Assembly: GCA_050506795.1 (NCBI GenBank)
Contig: JBJHCF010000050.1
Span: forward strand, 1-33,479
Reading direction: 5' to 3'
Source of the DNA: Opitutia bacterium
Lineage (GTDB): Bacteria > Verrucomicrobiota > Verrucomicrobiia > Opitutales > T3Sed10-336
DNA length: 33,479 nt
How positions within the stretch are numbered: the first letter of the stretch is position 1; every line of letters starts with the position of its first letter. The position numbers and the translations under genes were made by a program. Positions 8,856 to 20,131 of this stretch are shown piece after piece. The notes under the pieces are model-generated. The model was not told the origin of the DNA and ran no database searches. It saw nothing but the letters and a program-made list of their open reading frames with translations.

Positions 8856-9632
8856 ATGCACTCGAAAACCACACACTACGCCGTTCGCTTTGCTTTGATT
8901 TTTTTCTTCAGCGTGTTCACGCTGGCTGCCTTGAAGGCACGGACTATGGAATACGAGATTGGCGAAATCCTCTACGAGAATCCGTTATCGGGGCCGGAGG
9001 ACATCGCGGCGTGGGTGACGGAATCCAGTCGCGAGGGGCATCCGGCGGTGACCTTTCCGCACGGTCGTATGCGGCTGGAGTCCGACGTTCATTTCCTGCT
9101 CTGGTGTCCGGAGGAGTTTCCTGACAACATCGCGGTATCTTGGGATTTTCAGCCGCGCAGCGACGACGGCCTGGCCATGTTCTGGATCGCGGCGCGGGGG
9201 CGCGAAGGTGAGGACCTGTTTGATCCTTCCCTGGCGGAACGGACTGGCGCCTACCCGCAGTACAACTCGGGAGATATCGATGCGTTGCATATCGCCTATT
9301 TCCGGCGCAATTTCCACGGGGAGCCCTTGGAAGAGCGTTCCTTTCAGACCGTTCATCTGCGCAAGAGTTACGGGTTCCATTTTGTGGCCGCCGCCGGGGA
9401 TCCCATTCCTTCGGTACGCGACGTTGTCGGGCCTTACCGGATACAGGTGATCAAGTACGGTCCGCATTTCCGTTTTTCGATCAACGATCTGGTCGTGCTT
9501 GAATGGTACGACGACGGCGAGGAAACCGGCCCCGTGTTGGAAGGCGGCAAGATCGGGTTTCGTCAGATGGCCGGCCTGATCGCCGATTACGCGAACCTCC
9601 GGGTGAACCGGGTCACCGTCGAGGCGGAATAA
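8856..9632 (+). CDS. DUF1961 (YesU-like) family protein, probably exported
   Basis: Motifs LWCPEEFPDNIAVSWDF, AARGREGEDLFDPSLAERTGAYPQY, LHIAYFRR, HLRKSYGF and GGKIGFRQMA. Hydrophobic N-terminus. Alternative start at MEYEIG. Confidence 0.8.
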   Translation: MHSKTTHYAVRFALIFFFSVFTLAALKARTMEYEIGEILYENPLSGPEDIAAWVTESSREGHPAVTFPHGRMRLESDVHFLLWCPEEFPDNIAVSWDFQPRSDDGLAMFWIAARGREGEDLFDPSLAERTGAYPQYNSGDIDALHIAYFRRNFHGEPLEERSFQTVHLRKSYGFHFVAAAGDPIPSVRDVVGPYRIQVIKYGPHFRFSINDLVVLEWYDDGEETGPVLEGGKIGFRQMAGLIADYANLRVNRVTVEAE

Positions 9633-9633
9633 G

Positions 9634-12573
9634 TTGAAAACAAAAGCCGGACTTTATCCATTCTGGTTTTGGAACAGCCGTCTGACGAAGGACGAAATTC
9701 GCCGTCAAATCGGCGAAATGGCGGCTCAAGGTGTGAAGGGTTTTTACATCCACCCGCGGCAGGGGTTGGCGCAGCCGTATCTGTCGGACAGCTTTTTCTC
9801 CATGGTTGATGTCGCTATCGACGAAGCGGAGAAACTGGGACTGGAAGTAAACCTTTACGACGAGTACCCGTACCCCAGCGGCATTGCCGGGGGAGAGGTG
9901 GTTATCGGCCGTCCGGCGCACGCCGCCACTCGGCTGGTGCTGGTCAACGAACGAATCAGTGGCGGACCGATTCGTCACGGCCTGCCGCGAGGCCGGGTTT
10001 GGTCATGCTTCCTGTATCCGGAGACCGATGACGGTATTGTCTGGCGCGATGGCAGGGACTTCCTCTCGGCGGTCGGATTCCATTTGTCCACCGAATCCTA
10101 TCACGATACCGGTCTCACCGCCTACAATCGCAAGCGCTATTTCGCCGATGTGCCGACCCCGGTGCTGGAGACGGAGGCGCCGGCGGGGAGTTATCGGCTG
10201 CTGGCCGCCGTCCAGGTTGAAGTGGAAGATTTCAAGTACTGGGGGCGCTACGTCGACGTCTTGAACCCGGAGGCGATGAAGGCGTTTATTGAAATGACCC
10301 ACGAACGTTACCGGCAGCGGTATGGCGACCGGTTTGGGAAAGGGATCGCTTCGATTTTCGCCGATGAGACGCAGGCGGGCTGGTCGGAACGTCTGCCCGA
10401 GGCCTTCCTCAGTGAGTACGGCCGTGAGCTGGACTTTTCCGCGCTGGCGGAAAAGGATCATCCGGATCATCTGCGGACGTCCGCCGATCTCGAGGGATTG
10501 AAGTACCGGCTTTTCCTGGAGACCTTTGAAAAACCTATCGCCGACTGGTGCAGGCGTCACGGGATCGCTTACGCGGGCGAAAAGCCCTGCGCCCGGCTTT
10601 CGCAGTTCTCGTTTATGGACGTGCCGGGCATCGACAGCGGTCACGCGAAAACGGGCGGCGACCTCGAGTTGTTGCACCCGGCGTTGCGAAACAACGCCCG
10701 CGCGGTAGCGTCCGCCGCCTGGTTTTATGGAAAAGAAGAATGCCTCTGTGAGTGTTATCACAGCCTCGGCTGGAGCGCCACTTTGAACGATGCCCGTTGG
10801 ATTGCCGACGGGTTGATGCTCATGGGGATTACACGACTGGTGCCGCATGGATTCTTTTACAGCACCCACGGACTAAAAAAACACGACGCGCCGCCGTCGT
10901 TTTTCTTCCAGATGCCGTATTGGCGGCATTTCGGACATTTGAGCCAGCGGGTGGAACGTATCGGCGAGGCCTTTGAAGGCACCCATATCGAAGCACGTAT
11001 CCTGGTTGTGGATCCGAACAGCGGCCTTCCCTCACGGGACGACCTCGTGTTCTACCGGGGCATCCTGGAAAAGCTCAGCGCCCAACACCTCGGTTTTCAC
11101 CTCGTCGATACCGATATTCTGGAAAGTGCCCGCATCGAAGACGGACGGGCGTGCTTGCGAGAGATCGAAGCGGATTGGGTTATCGTGCCGCCGATGCCGG
11201 TTGTGGAGGGGCCGCTCGGCGAATGGTTGGGTGAATTCGAATCCCGGGGCGGCAAGGTGATTCGCTGGAATGCGGACAACGGCGATCAGGTCGAAGCCAG
11301 ACTATTCCGGGAAGTAAAACGCGAATTGCGAATTCAAAAAGGTGGCGTCGAGGCGGGCGCGATCTATTCCGTGAGGCGTGTCGGGAAAGGAAAAAAGCTC
11401 TGGTTTTTGCTCAATCTCTCCGGCGAGTCGCACGAGGTCATACTTTCCGCCGACACGCCCCTGCGCGAGGTCCCGTTGGAGCCAGGTGGCGTTTCGTTAC
11501 TGAAACCTGAGGAAGGCGGCGTGTGCCGGCGTTTGATAGAGCCGTTTGAGGCGGTCATGCTGGAAGCCGCGGGGGCGGAGTCATTCGAGGAGAGGTTGGA
11601 TTCCCCTGTTCAGGTGCCAACGCCCGATGAGTTCGTCCGGGTCGAGGTTCCCTCCGAGGCGGCGGTTCGCCGCTTGACCCCGAATCTGGTGCGCCTCGGT
11701 GAGTGGGAGATGTGTTTGCTCGATGCGGATGGCCGGGCGGGCGTCGCGGCGAGAGTTCCGGCGGTGCCGTTGGCCAACCAGCTGGAGAAGGGAGAATTTG
11801 CCTTTCGTCCGGAATTCATCCGGGCTTTCGGCATGGCCCCAAAACTGGAACTGCCGTCAATGCGGATGCGGTACGAGGCTGGCTTTGACATGGAAGGCGA
11901 GTTCCCTGTAACGCTGGTAGTTGAGCCGGAATCGTTGGCCGGGGAGTGGGTGTTGTACGTGAATGAGGACGGTCCTTTCACCGAAGCCGACCTGGGTTCG
12001 GTCGAGGTTCATGTTCGCGGAAGCCTGGGATTGGACGTCACCTCCATGCTGAAACCGGGTACGAACCGCTTGCGTATCGACCTATCCACCGCGCTGGGCG
12101 ACGCCGGCCTGCGCAATCCCCTCTACCTGGCGGGTGACTTCGCCGTATCCCTGGCGCCCGCCGGTTCGTCGGTGCGAATGGTTCTGAGCCGCGAATCCGC
12201 GGCCGATTTGGACGCGACGGGTTTCCGGGGGCTATTCGAAAACTACGAAAAGAATGGGCTACCGTTCTTTTCCGGAACGGTGGAATACATGTCCGCCTTT
12301 ACCCTGGAGAAGACGCCCGAAGGTGAGAACGTGGCCCTCGAATTGGCCTATCCGGGGGAATTCGAGGAGGCGGCCGAGGTTTCCATCAACGGCGGCCCTT
12401 TTATTCCCTCGCCCTGGCCGCCCCGCCGATTCCTGGTTCCCGGTTCCTGCTTTAAGCCCGGCCGTAACGAATTGATCACGCGGGTGGATACCGGACTCTG
12501 CCGGAGCTTCGAAGGTCAATGGTTCGATGCCCGAACCCACCGCTACCGGGATGCCGGCGATTCGGGCTCGTGA
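9634..12573 (+). CDS. Glycoside hydrolase, GH106-like (alpha-L-rhamnosidase-related), no signal peptide
   Basis: Motifs PFWFWN, GFYIHPRQGL..YLS, LYDEYPYPSGIAGG, IFADE, PGID, ASAA..YGK...LCECY and KHDAPPS. C-terminal beta-sandwich GLPFFSGTVEY. Confidence 0.72.
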   Translation: MKTKAGLYPFWFWNSRLTKDEIRRQIGEMAAQGVKGFYIHPRQGLAQPYLSDSFFSMVDVAIDEAEKLGLEVNLYDEYPYPSGIAGGEVVIGRPAHAATRLVLVNERISGGPIRHGLPRGRVWSCFLYPETDDGIVWRDGRDFLSAVGFHLSTESYHDTGLTAYNRKRYFADVPTPVLETEAPAGSYRLLAAVQVEVEDFKYWGRYVDVLNPEAMKAFIEMTHERYRQRYGDRFGKGIASIFADETQAGWSERLPEAFLSEYGRELDFSALAEKDHPDHLRTSADLEGLKYRLFLETFEKPIADWCRRHGIAYAGEKPCARLSQFSFMDVPGIDSGHAKTGGDLELLHPALRNNARAVASAAWFYGKEECLCECYHSLGWSATLNDARWIADGLMLMGITRLVPHGFFYSTHGLKKHDAPPSFFFQMPYWRHFGHLSQRVERIGEAFEGTHIEARILVVDPNSGLPSRDDLVFYRGILEKLSAQHLGFHLVDTDILESARIEDGRACLREIEADWVIVPPMPVVEGPLGEWLGEFESRGGKVIRWNADNGDQVEARLFREVKRELRIQKGGVEAGAIYSVRRVGKGKKLWFLLNLSGESHEVILSADTPLREVPLEPGGVSLLKPEEGGVCRRLIEPFEAVMLEAAGAESFEERLDSPVQVPTPDEFVRVEVPSEAAVRRLTPNLVRLGEWEMCLLDADGRAGVAARVPAVPLANQLEKGEFAFRPEFIRAFGMAPKLELPSMRMRYEAGFDMEGEFPVTLVVEPESLAGEWVLYVNEDGPFTEADLGSVEVHVRGSLGLDVTSMLKPGTNRLRIDLSTALGDAGLRNPLYLAGDFAVSLAPAGSSVRMVLSRESAADLDATGFRGLFENYEKNGLPFFSGTVEYMSAFTLEKTPEGENVALELAYPGEFEEAAEVSINGGPFIPSPWPPRRFLVPGSCFKPGRNELITRVDTGLCRSFEGQWFDARTHRYRDAGDSGS

Positions 12574-12593
12574 AGCCAGCGGATGGAACCGCT

Positions 12594-12864
12594 GCTGCGC
12601 GGGAGCGCAGCCCTCGATGGGTGGAGCCCGGTTGATTGAGTCCGGTTGATTTCTGGAGGGCCATGCTCCCGCATGGCCGCCGGTTCGGGAGCGCGGGCCA
12701 TTGTGCCCGCAGCGGCTGCGCGGGAGCGCAGCTCTCCAGGGGTGGAGCAGCCTTCCATGGGGCGGGGTATCGTGCATCGGCGAATGGCAATTGGATGAGA
12801 GATTCTCGACCACGAATTACGCGAAATGCACGAGATTATGGCGGGCAGGATGCTCGCGTTCCCA
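12594..12864. repeat. GGAG-type REP cluster between convergent genes, including a composite element at 12654-12738
   Basis: Hairpin units at 12594-12615, 12654-12679 and 12713-12738. GCGGGC-N-GCCCGC type units at about 12687-12710 and 12841-12864. Confidence 0.8.
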
Positions 12865-12883
12865 GGGCGGTGCCTCCGCCGGA

Positions 12884-14584
<1,701 letters not shown>

Positions 14585-14607
14585 AAAACGGATAGGTACC
14601 GCCGGCC

Positions 14608-15747
14608 TCAGGAGAGACGGGTTTTATAGTCTTCGTATCCGAATTTTCGGACAATTTCGGTGTGTCCGGTTTCCGGGCGGTAGATTCCGATGGACGGGAG
14701 GGGGACTCCGTTGAAGGTGGTGTTCTTCACCATGGTGTAGTGGGCCATGTCCAGAAACACCAGGCGGTCTCCAGTCTTTAGGGGTTCCGGAAAGGCGTAT
14801 TCGCCGATCACATCGCCGGCCAGGCAGGTCGGGCCGCCGAGGCGGTAGCAGTGCGGGTGGTCGCCGCGCTTGCCGGCGCCGAAGATCTCGGGGCGGTAGG
14901 GCATTTCCAGGACGTCCGGCATGTGGGCAGTGGCGGAGGCGTCGAGGATGGCGCAGGGGCCGTCGTTTTCCACGATATCCAGGACGGTGGTCACCAGGAA
15001 CCCGGTGTTGAGCGCGATGGCTTCGCCGGGTTCCAAATACACCTGGACGCCGTATTTTTCCCGGAAGCGGGTGACCGTCTCGCACAGGCGATCGAGGTCG
15101 TAGTCGTCGCGCGTGATGTGGTGCCCGCCGCCGAAATTCACCCAGATCATGCCGTCGAGGTAACGGGCGAAATGTTTTTCGAAGACCAAGACCGTGCGCT
15201 CCAGGGTGTCGCTGTTCTGCTCACACATGGTGTGAAAGTGCAGGCCCTCGATCCCGGTCAGCTCGCGGCCTTCGAAGGCATTCGGAAGAATGCCCAGCCG
15301 GGAGCCGGGGGCGCACGGGTCGTAGAGCGGGACTTCGACCTCGGAGTGTTGCGGATTGACCCGCAGTCCGCAGGAAATAGAGCGGGGCGCTTTATCGATC
15401 AACGGGCGAAACGTCTCCCACTGGGCGAACGAGTTGAAGCTGATGTGGTCGGCGTATTTGACCAGTTCCGTCATCTCCTCCCGCGTGAAAGCCGGCGAGT
15501 AGGCATGGACTTCGCCGCCGAATTCCTCGAAACCGAGCCGCGCCTCGTGGATGCCGCTCGCGGTGGTGCCTTTCAGATAGCGCCGGATCTCCGGGAAGAG
15601 GCTGAACATGGCGAACCCCTTCAGCGCAAGGATGATCGTTGCGCCGGAGTGCCGTTGGGCCTCGTCCAGAATTTTCAGATTTCTTTCCAGAAGGCCCGCG
15701 TGCACCACGTAGCAGGGAGTGGGAATTGTGTCGAAGTCCAGGTTCAT
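14608..15747 (-). CDS. nspC: Carboxynorspermidine/carboxyspermidine decarboxylase
   Basis: Motifs PTPCYV, LALKGF (PLP lysine), GLRVNP, LYDPCAPGSRLG, HFHTMCE, GGGHHIT, HMPDVLEMPY, CLAGD and HYTMVKNTTFNG. Start placed at MNLDF. Confidence 0.95.
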   Translation of the reverse strand: MNLDFDTIPTPCYVVHAGLLERNLKILDEAQRHSGATIILALKGFAMFSLFPEIRRYLKGTTASGIHEARLGFEEFGGEVHAYSPAFTREEMTELVKYADHISFNSFAQWETFRPLIDKAPRSISCGLRVNPQHSEVEVPLYDPCAPGSRLGILPNAFEGRELTGIEGLHFHTMCEQNSDTLERTVLVFEKHFARYLDGMIWVNFGGGHHITRDDYDLDRLCETVTRFREKYGVQVYLEPGEAIALNTGFLVTTVLDIVENDGPCAILDASATAHMPDVLEMPYRPEIFGAGKRGDHPHCYRLGGPTCLAGDVIGEYAFPEPLKTGDRLVFLDMAHYTMVKNTTFNGVPLPSIGIYRPETGHTEIVRKFGYEDYKTRLS

Positions 15748-15760
15748 ACGTGGCAATACC

Positions 15761-16945
15761 TCAGTCGATCGGGAGTTCACGCTGCTGCCAGGGTAGACCG
15801 TGACGATTCAACGCCTCCATAAAAGGATCCGGGTCCAGTTGCTCCATATTGAACACGCCTTTCTCCATCCAGACACCCTGCACCATCAGCATAGCGCCGA
15901 TCATGGCCGGAACTCCGGTGGTGTAGGAGACGGCCTGGGACTTCACTTCGCGGTAGCATTCCTCGTGGTCGCAGACGGAGTAGATGTAGATTTTCTTGCG
16001 TTTGCCGTCTTTGACGCCGTCGAAGACGCAACCGATGTTGGCCTTGCCCTTCGTGCGCGGCCCCAGGCTGCCGGGATCGGGCAGCACCGCCTTGAGGAAC
16101 TGCAAGGGGATGATGTCGCGCCCCTCGTAGCGAATCGGCTCGATGCTCGTCATGCCCACGTTCTGCAAAACGTTGAGGTGGGTCAGGTATTTCTCGGAAA
16201 ATGTCATCCAGAATCGGATACGCTTAAGACCCTTGATGTGTTTGACCAGGGATTCCATTTCCTCGTGGTAGAGGAGGTAGATGTCCTTGGGGCCGATTTC
16301 GGGGAAATCATAGACGTCCTTGACCGCCAGCGGTTCGGTTTCCACCCATTCGCCGTTCTCCCAGTAGCGGCCCTTGGCGGTGATTTCCCGGATATTGATC
16401 TCGGGGTTGAAGTTGGTGGCAAAGGGATATCCGTGGTCGCCCGCGTTGGCGTCGAGGATATCGACGTAATGGATCTCGTCGAAGAGGTGCTTTTGGGCGT
16501 AGGCGCAGAACACGTTGGTCACCCCCGGGTCGAACCCGGAGCCGAGCAGGCCCATGATACCGGCCTTTTTGTAGGGCTCGTCGTAGGGCCACTGCCATTC
16601 GTAGGTGAACTTCGGCGTGTCGGGCGGCTCGTAGCTGGCGGTGTCGAGGTAATGGACCTTGGTTTCCAGGCAGGCGTCCATGATGGCCAAATCCTGGTAG
16701 GGCAGGGCGACGTTGACCACGACGTCGGGTTTAAACTGCCGGATCAGGGCGACGACCTCGTCCTTGTTGTCGGCATCGACCCGGGCGGTTTCGATGGGAT
16801 GCTCCATATCGTCCCGGATGGCGTCGCACTTTTCCAACGTGCGGCTCGCCAGGCAGATCGCGGAAAAAACATCCGGATTCTGGGCGCATTTGCGAACGAC
16901 AACGTTTCCGACGCCTCCGGCGCCGATAATCAATACTCTGGCCAT
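15761..16945 (-). CDS. Saccharopine dehydrogenase family protein, probable carboxy(nor)spermidine synthase/dehydrogenase
   Basis: Motifs IIGAGGVG, NVALPYQD, YLDTA, GSGFDPG, FATNFNPEINIRE, YHEE and QAVSYTTGVPA. Lies directly upstream of nspC. Confidence 0.92.
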   Translation of the reverse strand: MARVLIIGAGGVGNVVVRKCAQNPDVFSAICLASRTLEKCDAIRDDMEHPIETARVDADNKDEVVALIRQFKPDVVVNVALPYQDLAIMDACLETKVHYLDTASYEPPDTPKFTYEWQWPYDEPYKKAGIMGLLGSGFDPGVTNVFCAYAQKHLFDEIHYVDILDANAGDHGYPFATNFNPEINIREITAKGRYWENGEWVETEPLAVKDVYDFPEIGPKDIYLLYHEEMESLVKHIKGLKRIRFWMTFSEKYLTHLNVLQNVGMTSIEPIRYEGRDIIPLQFLKAVLPDPGSLGPRTKGKANIGCVFDGVKDGKRKKIYIYSVCDHEECYREVKSQAVSYTTGVPAMIGAMLMVQGVWMEKGVFNMEQLDPDPFMEALNRHGLPWQQRELPID

Positions 16946-17097
16946 GGTTTACTGTGGTAAAGTCACGTAAGGTTAAAAACAGTCGGACCCTAGGCTGTTC
17001 CGCCACCCCTCTACGGTCAAGCGGGAATACGGTGGCCGGGTGGACCGAAACGACCGCTCGATAACGGGAAACTGGCGAAATTCTGTACGGTGTCGAA

Positions 17098-17194
17098 GGG
17101 GCGGAATTCGTAGCGCCCTGCTTCAGCGGGCGTCTGTTGGCTGTGTGTGGGGTGGTTCCGGTGAAAAGAACTGTCTGAAGCACGGAGCTACGGG
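17098..17194. repeat. Inverted GTAG-type REP pair (REPIN-like)
   Basis: GGGCGGAATTCGTAGCGCCCTGCTTCAGCGGGC is identical to 8735-8767. CTGTCTGAAGCACGGAGCTAC lies at 17171-17191. The spacer resembles 8669-8717. Confidence 0.85.
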
Positions 17195-17249
17195 GGTGCG
17201 GGACAGAGAGCCGGTCAACGAAGGCCGGCGTTACAACTTCGACCCAGTC

Positions 17250-19979
17250 TCACTTCGCTGTATTCACCAGTTCCAGGTTATCGAGGTAATAGACGGTCGA
17301 TGCGTTCGCGTTGCTGACAAATCCGAACCAGTCGAGGGTTTTCCAACCCGCATGACCGTTGGGCAAACCCTCAAAGCGACGCGGCGGTTGACCGGGTAAA
17401 TGGACTTCCAGATTCCAAGTTCCGGTTGATTGGTCGCCCAGAGTGGTGCTGATTTCGAATCGCGCCCATTCCCCGGGGGGAATTTCGAGCAAATCCCTTC
17501 CATTCGCACGCAAGGTCCCTCTGTAGATAGAGAAGCTTGGCCCCACCCGGTACGGACTCGTGTTGTCTCGCCATTCGTGAATGAACTCGACTCCCGGCTC
17601 AACCCGCAGGTCGAAGGCCGCCCGGGTCAGGCCTTCCCGATGATCCGGCCGGTAATAAAAATGCGGATTGAACCGCGCGCGCAATCCGGGAGCATCGGTT
17701 ACTTTCAAACTCCGTTCGCCGCCAGCCGCTTCTTCATCGGTGACCGCAATTCCGTCACCCCGGCCTTCAGTTTGCACCTGTGCTCGCCGGGGCGCGCTGC
17801 CGATAACAGCGTTTTCAAAATCCTCTTTCAATTGAAGAGGGGGAGCGGGTGGGGGTTCCGGGGCAGCCTCCATGGGCGGATACGAGACCTCGGCGGCTTT
17901 CGCCTTCCAGGCGGAATCGCCGTAGACACCGGCCTGGGTTGGATCGAATGGCCGGAATCCAATTCCGGCCAAACGCGAAGTATCTCGAAGTCGGAAATCC
18001 AAACGGTTCGGCGCGACAAAAAGGGGATCCGCAATCAACGACTCGGTATCACGTCCAAGCTCCCGCCACGCCTCCAGTGTCGTGCCGGCGAAATCGATCG
18101 GAGCCAACGATGTTTTATAGTAGAGGTTGTTTTCAACCTCCAGGTTGGCTTCCCTCCAATTTCCGCGCATCAAGGGACCGTCGTTCCAATACACGATGTT
18201 GTTGGTGAAACTGAAGGAGAGGTGGGGTTCGACGCGGGTGAACTGCAACTGCTGCTCGAATCCAAAGGCAAAAATATTATTACGGATGATATTCTCCCGC
18301 CCATAATGCTGATGGTATCCGCCGCTTTTGGTGCGGTAGACCAGATTATTCTCCATCAGGATCCCGGTGCTCCCTTCATCGTTATACAGGCCCCATCCGC
18401 CGTAGTCCCAGGAATAGACATCGTGGATCACGTTGTTGTTTACGGTCGTTCCTTCCGAGGGTCCGAGGGTATAAACCCCACCCATATCACTGAGGAGTCC
18501 CCACCCAAGGTGATGAATCCGGTTGAAATCGATCCGATTGCGGACCGCCAGACTTCTGTCATACCCCCAACGCCAGCCCACGGAAACTCCGGTGTAATAG
18601 AGATCGCTGATATCGTTGTGCGTCACTTGATTGTCACCGCTTTGCCCGATCCAGACACCGACCGCGCAGGGAAATACACGTCCGCCATGCCGGATGATGT
18701 TGTTGTCGACCTTGATCCGGCTTGTTCGCTCCGACTCGTTGGCGGCAATGCCGGTTTCCCCGATCCGGACTCCCCCGGCTCCGAAATCATGGATAAAAGA
18801 ACGCCGGATCACACTGTCGCGGCAGCCTTTGCGGAACCAAATGGCATAGGTGCCGATGTGCCCGATTTCGCAATCCTCAAAGGTCAGGTGCCGGGCGCCG
18901 TCGGCCATGATTACCGCATCGATCGGAGCGGCGGCCTGTGCGGCCTCAAAGCCTTCCGGGGGGGTGAGCCACTGCGCGTGATGAAAGGTCAGCCCGCGAA
19001 ACGTCAAGTGCTCCACGTATTCCGCCGCCGCCGGATCGCCCTCTATCAAAATGAATTTTTCCGCCACCGGCGCAACCACGTAGGCTGTTCTCATCTCCTC
19101 TCCCGGAAGCGGCATATAAAACAGCGTCCCGTCCCGATCCAGGAACCATTCCCCCGGCGTATCCAGCGCCGCCAGATAGTTCTCGAGGACGAATCCGGTG
19201 TTTCGCCGCATCGGATTCCACGGCTTCATTCCTTCTCCTGTGGTGACCAGGATGCCGGCGTCCGTATCCACCGAATCCAGAAAGCGACGGGTGTTGTCCC
19301 AGTTGTGATAGGCCAGAAGGTTCACATCCTGCAATTCCCGTGCGGTCAGACCGGCCAGCGATTGAATGTCCCGCGGGCGAACGGAAATGGTTTGCCGGGC
19401 GCGTACCGGCCGGGAGCCGCCCTCCTCGAAGACTTCCTCGTCAACATCGATCATATAGGAAAAGAACCTGTTCGGGGTGCGGGCGCGTGTCGCGCGCCGC
19501 CCGTTGACCCAAAGTTGCTCGAAATACCAGTCGCCGTCCTGGACATCGGGAACACGGGCGGTCCAAATGCCATCAGGGTTTGGGCTAAACGTGCCGATGC
19601 GCCGGCCCCCGCTGAAAACCGGTCTGGCCCCCGGAGCCGCCTCGTACGCGATGGGCGCTACTTCGGTGCCGCTGTCCTCCGGCGTGAAGACAACAGGCTC
19701 GCGCAAAAGATACTCTCCGGCGGCGATGATCACGCGAATCTCCCCGGACAGTTCGCCCGCCGATCTAAGTTCGCGAATCGCGTTCCGCGCACCAGCCAAA
19801 GAAGCGAGCGGCCCGTCGCGATTGTCCGGATCAGGTTGCTCCAGGGTACCGGACCATTCATCACTGCCATCGGGCGACACATAAAAAGTGTTACCGTTCG
19901 CGTTCCCAATCGAGGAAAGCAGGTGAAGAAGGAGAGCGAATAGGCCAAGAAGCGCAGGGTAAAAGGTACGATGTTTCAT
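17250..19979 (-). CDS. Secreted right-handed parallel beta-helix protein, GH141-like, with C-terminal beta-sandwich domain
   Basis: Signal peptide [18 protein letters not shown]. Motifs [27 protein letters not shown], beta-helix repeats, [10 protein letters not shown] and GLYNDEGS. Confidence 0.78.
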   Translation of the reverse strand: MKHRTFYPALLGLFALLLHLLSSIGNANGNTFYVSPDGSDEWSGTLEQPDPDNRDGPLASLAGARNAIRELRSAGELSGEIRVIIAAGEYLLREPVVFTPEDSGTEVAPIAYEAAPGARPVFSGGRRIGTFSPNPDGIWTARVPDVQDGDWYFEQLWVNGRRATRARTPNRFFSYMIDVDEEVFEEGGSRPVRARQTISVRPRDIQSLAGLTARELQDVNLLAYHNWDNTRRFLDSVDTDAGILVTTGEGMKPWNPMRRNTGFVLENYLAALDTPGEWFLDRDGTLFYMPLPGEEMRTAYVVAPVAEKFILIEGDPAAAEYVEHLTFRGLTFHHAQWLTPPEGFEAAQAAAPIDAVIMADGARHLTFEDCEIGHIGTYAIWFRKGCRDSVIRRSFIHDFGAGGVRIGETGIAANESERTSRIKVDNNIIRHGGRVFPCAVGVWIGQSGDNQVTHNDISDLYYTGVSVGWRWGYDRSLAVRNRIDFNRIHHLGWGLLSDMGGVYTLGPSEGTTVNNNVIHDVYSWDYGGWGLYNDEGSTGILMENNLVYRTKSGGYHQHYGRENIIRNNIFAFGFEQQLQFTRVEPHLSFSFTNNIVYWNDGPLMRGNWREANLEVENNLYYKTSLAPIDFAGTTLEAWRELGRDTESLIADPLFVAPNRLDFRLRDTSRLAGIGFRPFDPTQAGVYGDSAWKAKAAEVSYPPMEAAPEPPPAPPLQLKEDFENAVIGSAPRRAQVQTEGRGDGIAVTDEEAAGGERSLKVTDAPGLRARFNPHFYYRPDHREGLTRAAFDLRVEPGVEFIHEWRDNTSPYRVGPSFSIYRGTLRANGRDLLEIPPGEWARFEISTTLGDQSTGTWNLEVHLPGQPPRRFEGLPNGHAGWKTLDWFGFVSNANASTVYYLDNLELVNTAK

Positions 19980-20131
19980 AGGACTCTGGAAATGAGAATA
20001 GGGGAGTCCCCGGCAACGGTCAAAGAAAGAAGTGCCCCGCCGGGTTGGATGAGGAGGACGGCGCCGGTTTCGACGCGAGAATAGCCTTGCCAATCAGAGG
20101 TTTGGAGGCGTTTGATTAGGTTGGCGTTACC

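Noticed and set aside
17430..19943. 837-aa antisense ORF opposite the beta-helix gene
   Set aside because: Fully overlaps a well-supported CDS and shows no domain signature.
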